A stretch of DNA of 64,000 nt from Akkermansiaceae bacterium (lineage in GTDB: Bacteria > Verrucomicrobiota > Verrucomicrobiia > Verrucomicrobiales > Akkermansiaceae): contig JBNACB010000006.1 in assembly GCA_049632765.1 (NCBI GenBank), positions 53 through 64,052 on the forward strand, given 5' to 3'. The notes under the pieces are model-generated. The model was not told where the DNA came from, made no database searches, and saw only the letters and a program-made list of their open reading frames with translations. Positions 63,772-64,000 of this stretch are shown piece after piece (the stretch's first letter is position 1; each line of letters starts with the position of its first letter). The position numbers were made by a program, and so were the translations under genes.

Positions 63772-64000
63772 TCACTGACCACGACCAAAGATCACCGTAT
63801 AGATGGTTTTGACAATGATCATAGCATCGAGCATGAGTGAATGCTCGCGCACGTAGTAAAGGTCATAGTAGAGCTTCTCGAGCGTGTCCTGGTCATTGGC
63901 ACCGTAGGGGTAATTTACTTGAGCCCAGCCTGTGATGCCGGGCTTCACAGCGTGGCGGAAGTGGTAGTACGGGAATTTCAACTCGTAATTCTTCACGAGC
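63772..64000 (-). CDS. Priming polyprenyl glycosylphosphotransferase (bacterial sugar transferase), C-terminal part only
   Basis: RH.VKPGITGWAQVNY.YG......EKL.YDLYY...SL.LD..I..KT. Confidence 0.9.
   Translation of the reverse strand, partial: LVKNYELKFPYYHFRHAVKPGITGWAQVNYPYGANDQDTLEKLYYDLYYVREHSLMLDAMIIVKTIYTVIFGRGQ

Overview
Chromosomal window, most likely from a verrucomicrobium (PVC superphylum). This is inferred from a Planctomycetes/Verrucomicrobia-type (PVM) bacterial microcompartment locus, a DUF1553-DUF1501 pair, a PEP-CTERM protein and the PVC small basic signature protein. The centre (24.0-40.2 kb) is a complete L-fucose catabolic superlocus. On the minus strand are deoR, a rhamnulo/fuculokinase, fucI and an FMN-dependent lactate dehydrogenase. 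The divergent BMC operon encodes PduL, 3 BMC-H, 3 BMC-P, an AckA-family kinase with an altered active site, an acylating aldehyde dehydrogenase, two tandem class II aldolases and an LDH/MDH-family enzyme. It is followed by fucU-fucP and, immediately beyond, ppdK. The rest is housekeeping and envelope genes: glnD, mfd, a SurA-like PPIase, hemW/hemE/hemL, system II cytochrome c biogenesis, two secreted zinc metalloproteases, an amidase, an EPS export cluster, tRNA-Gly and tRNA-Leu, VKOR-DsbA, clpS-DUF2017, nnr, acs, rplM-rpsI with a 51-aa ORF missing from the supplied track, prmA, aspC and truA. No mobile element, prophage or CRISPR array was seen. All family assignments come from motif recognition by eye, not from database searches.
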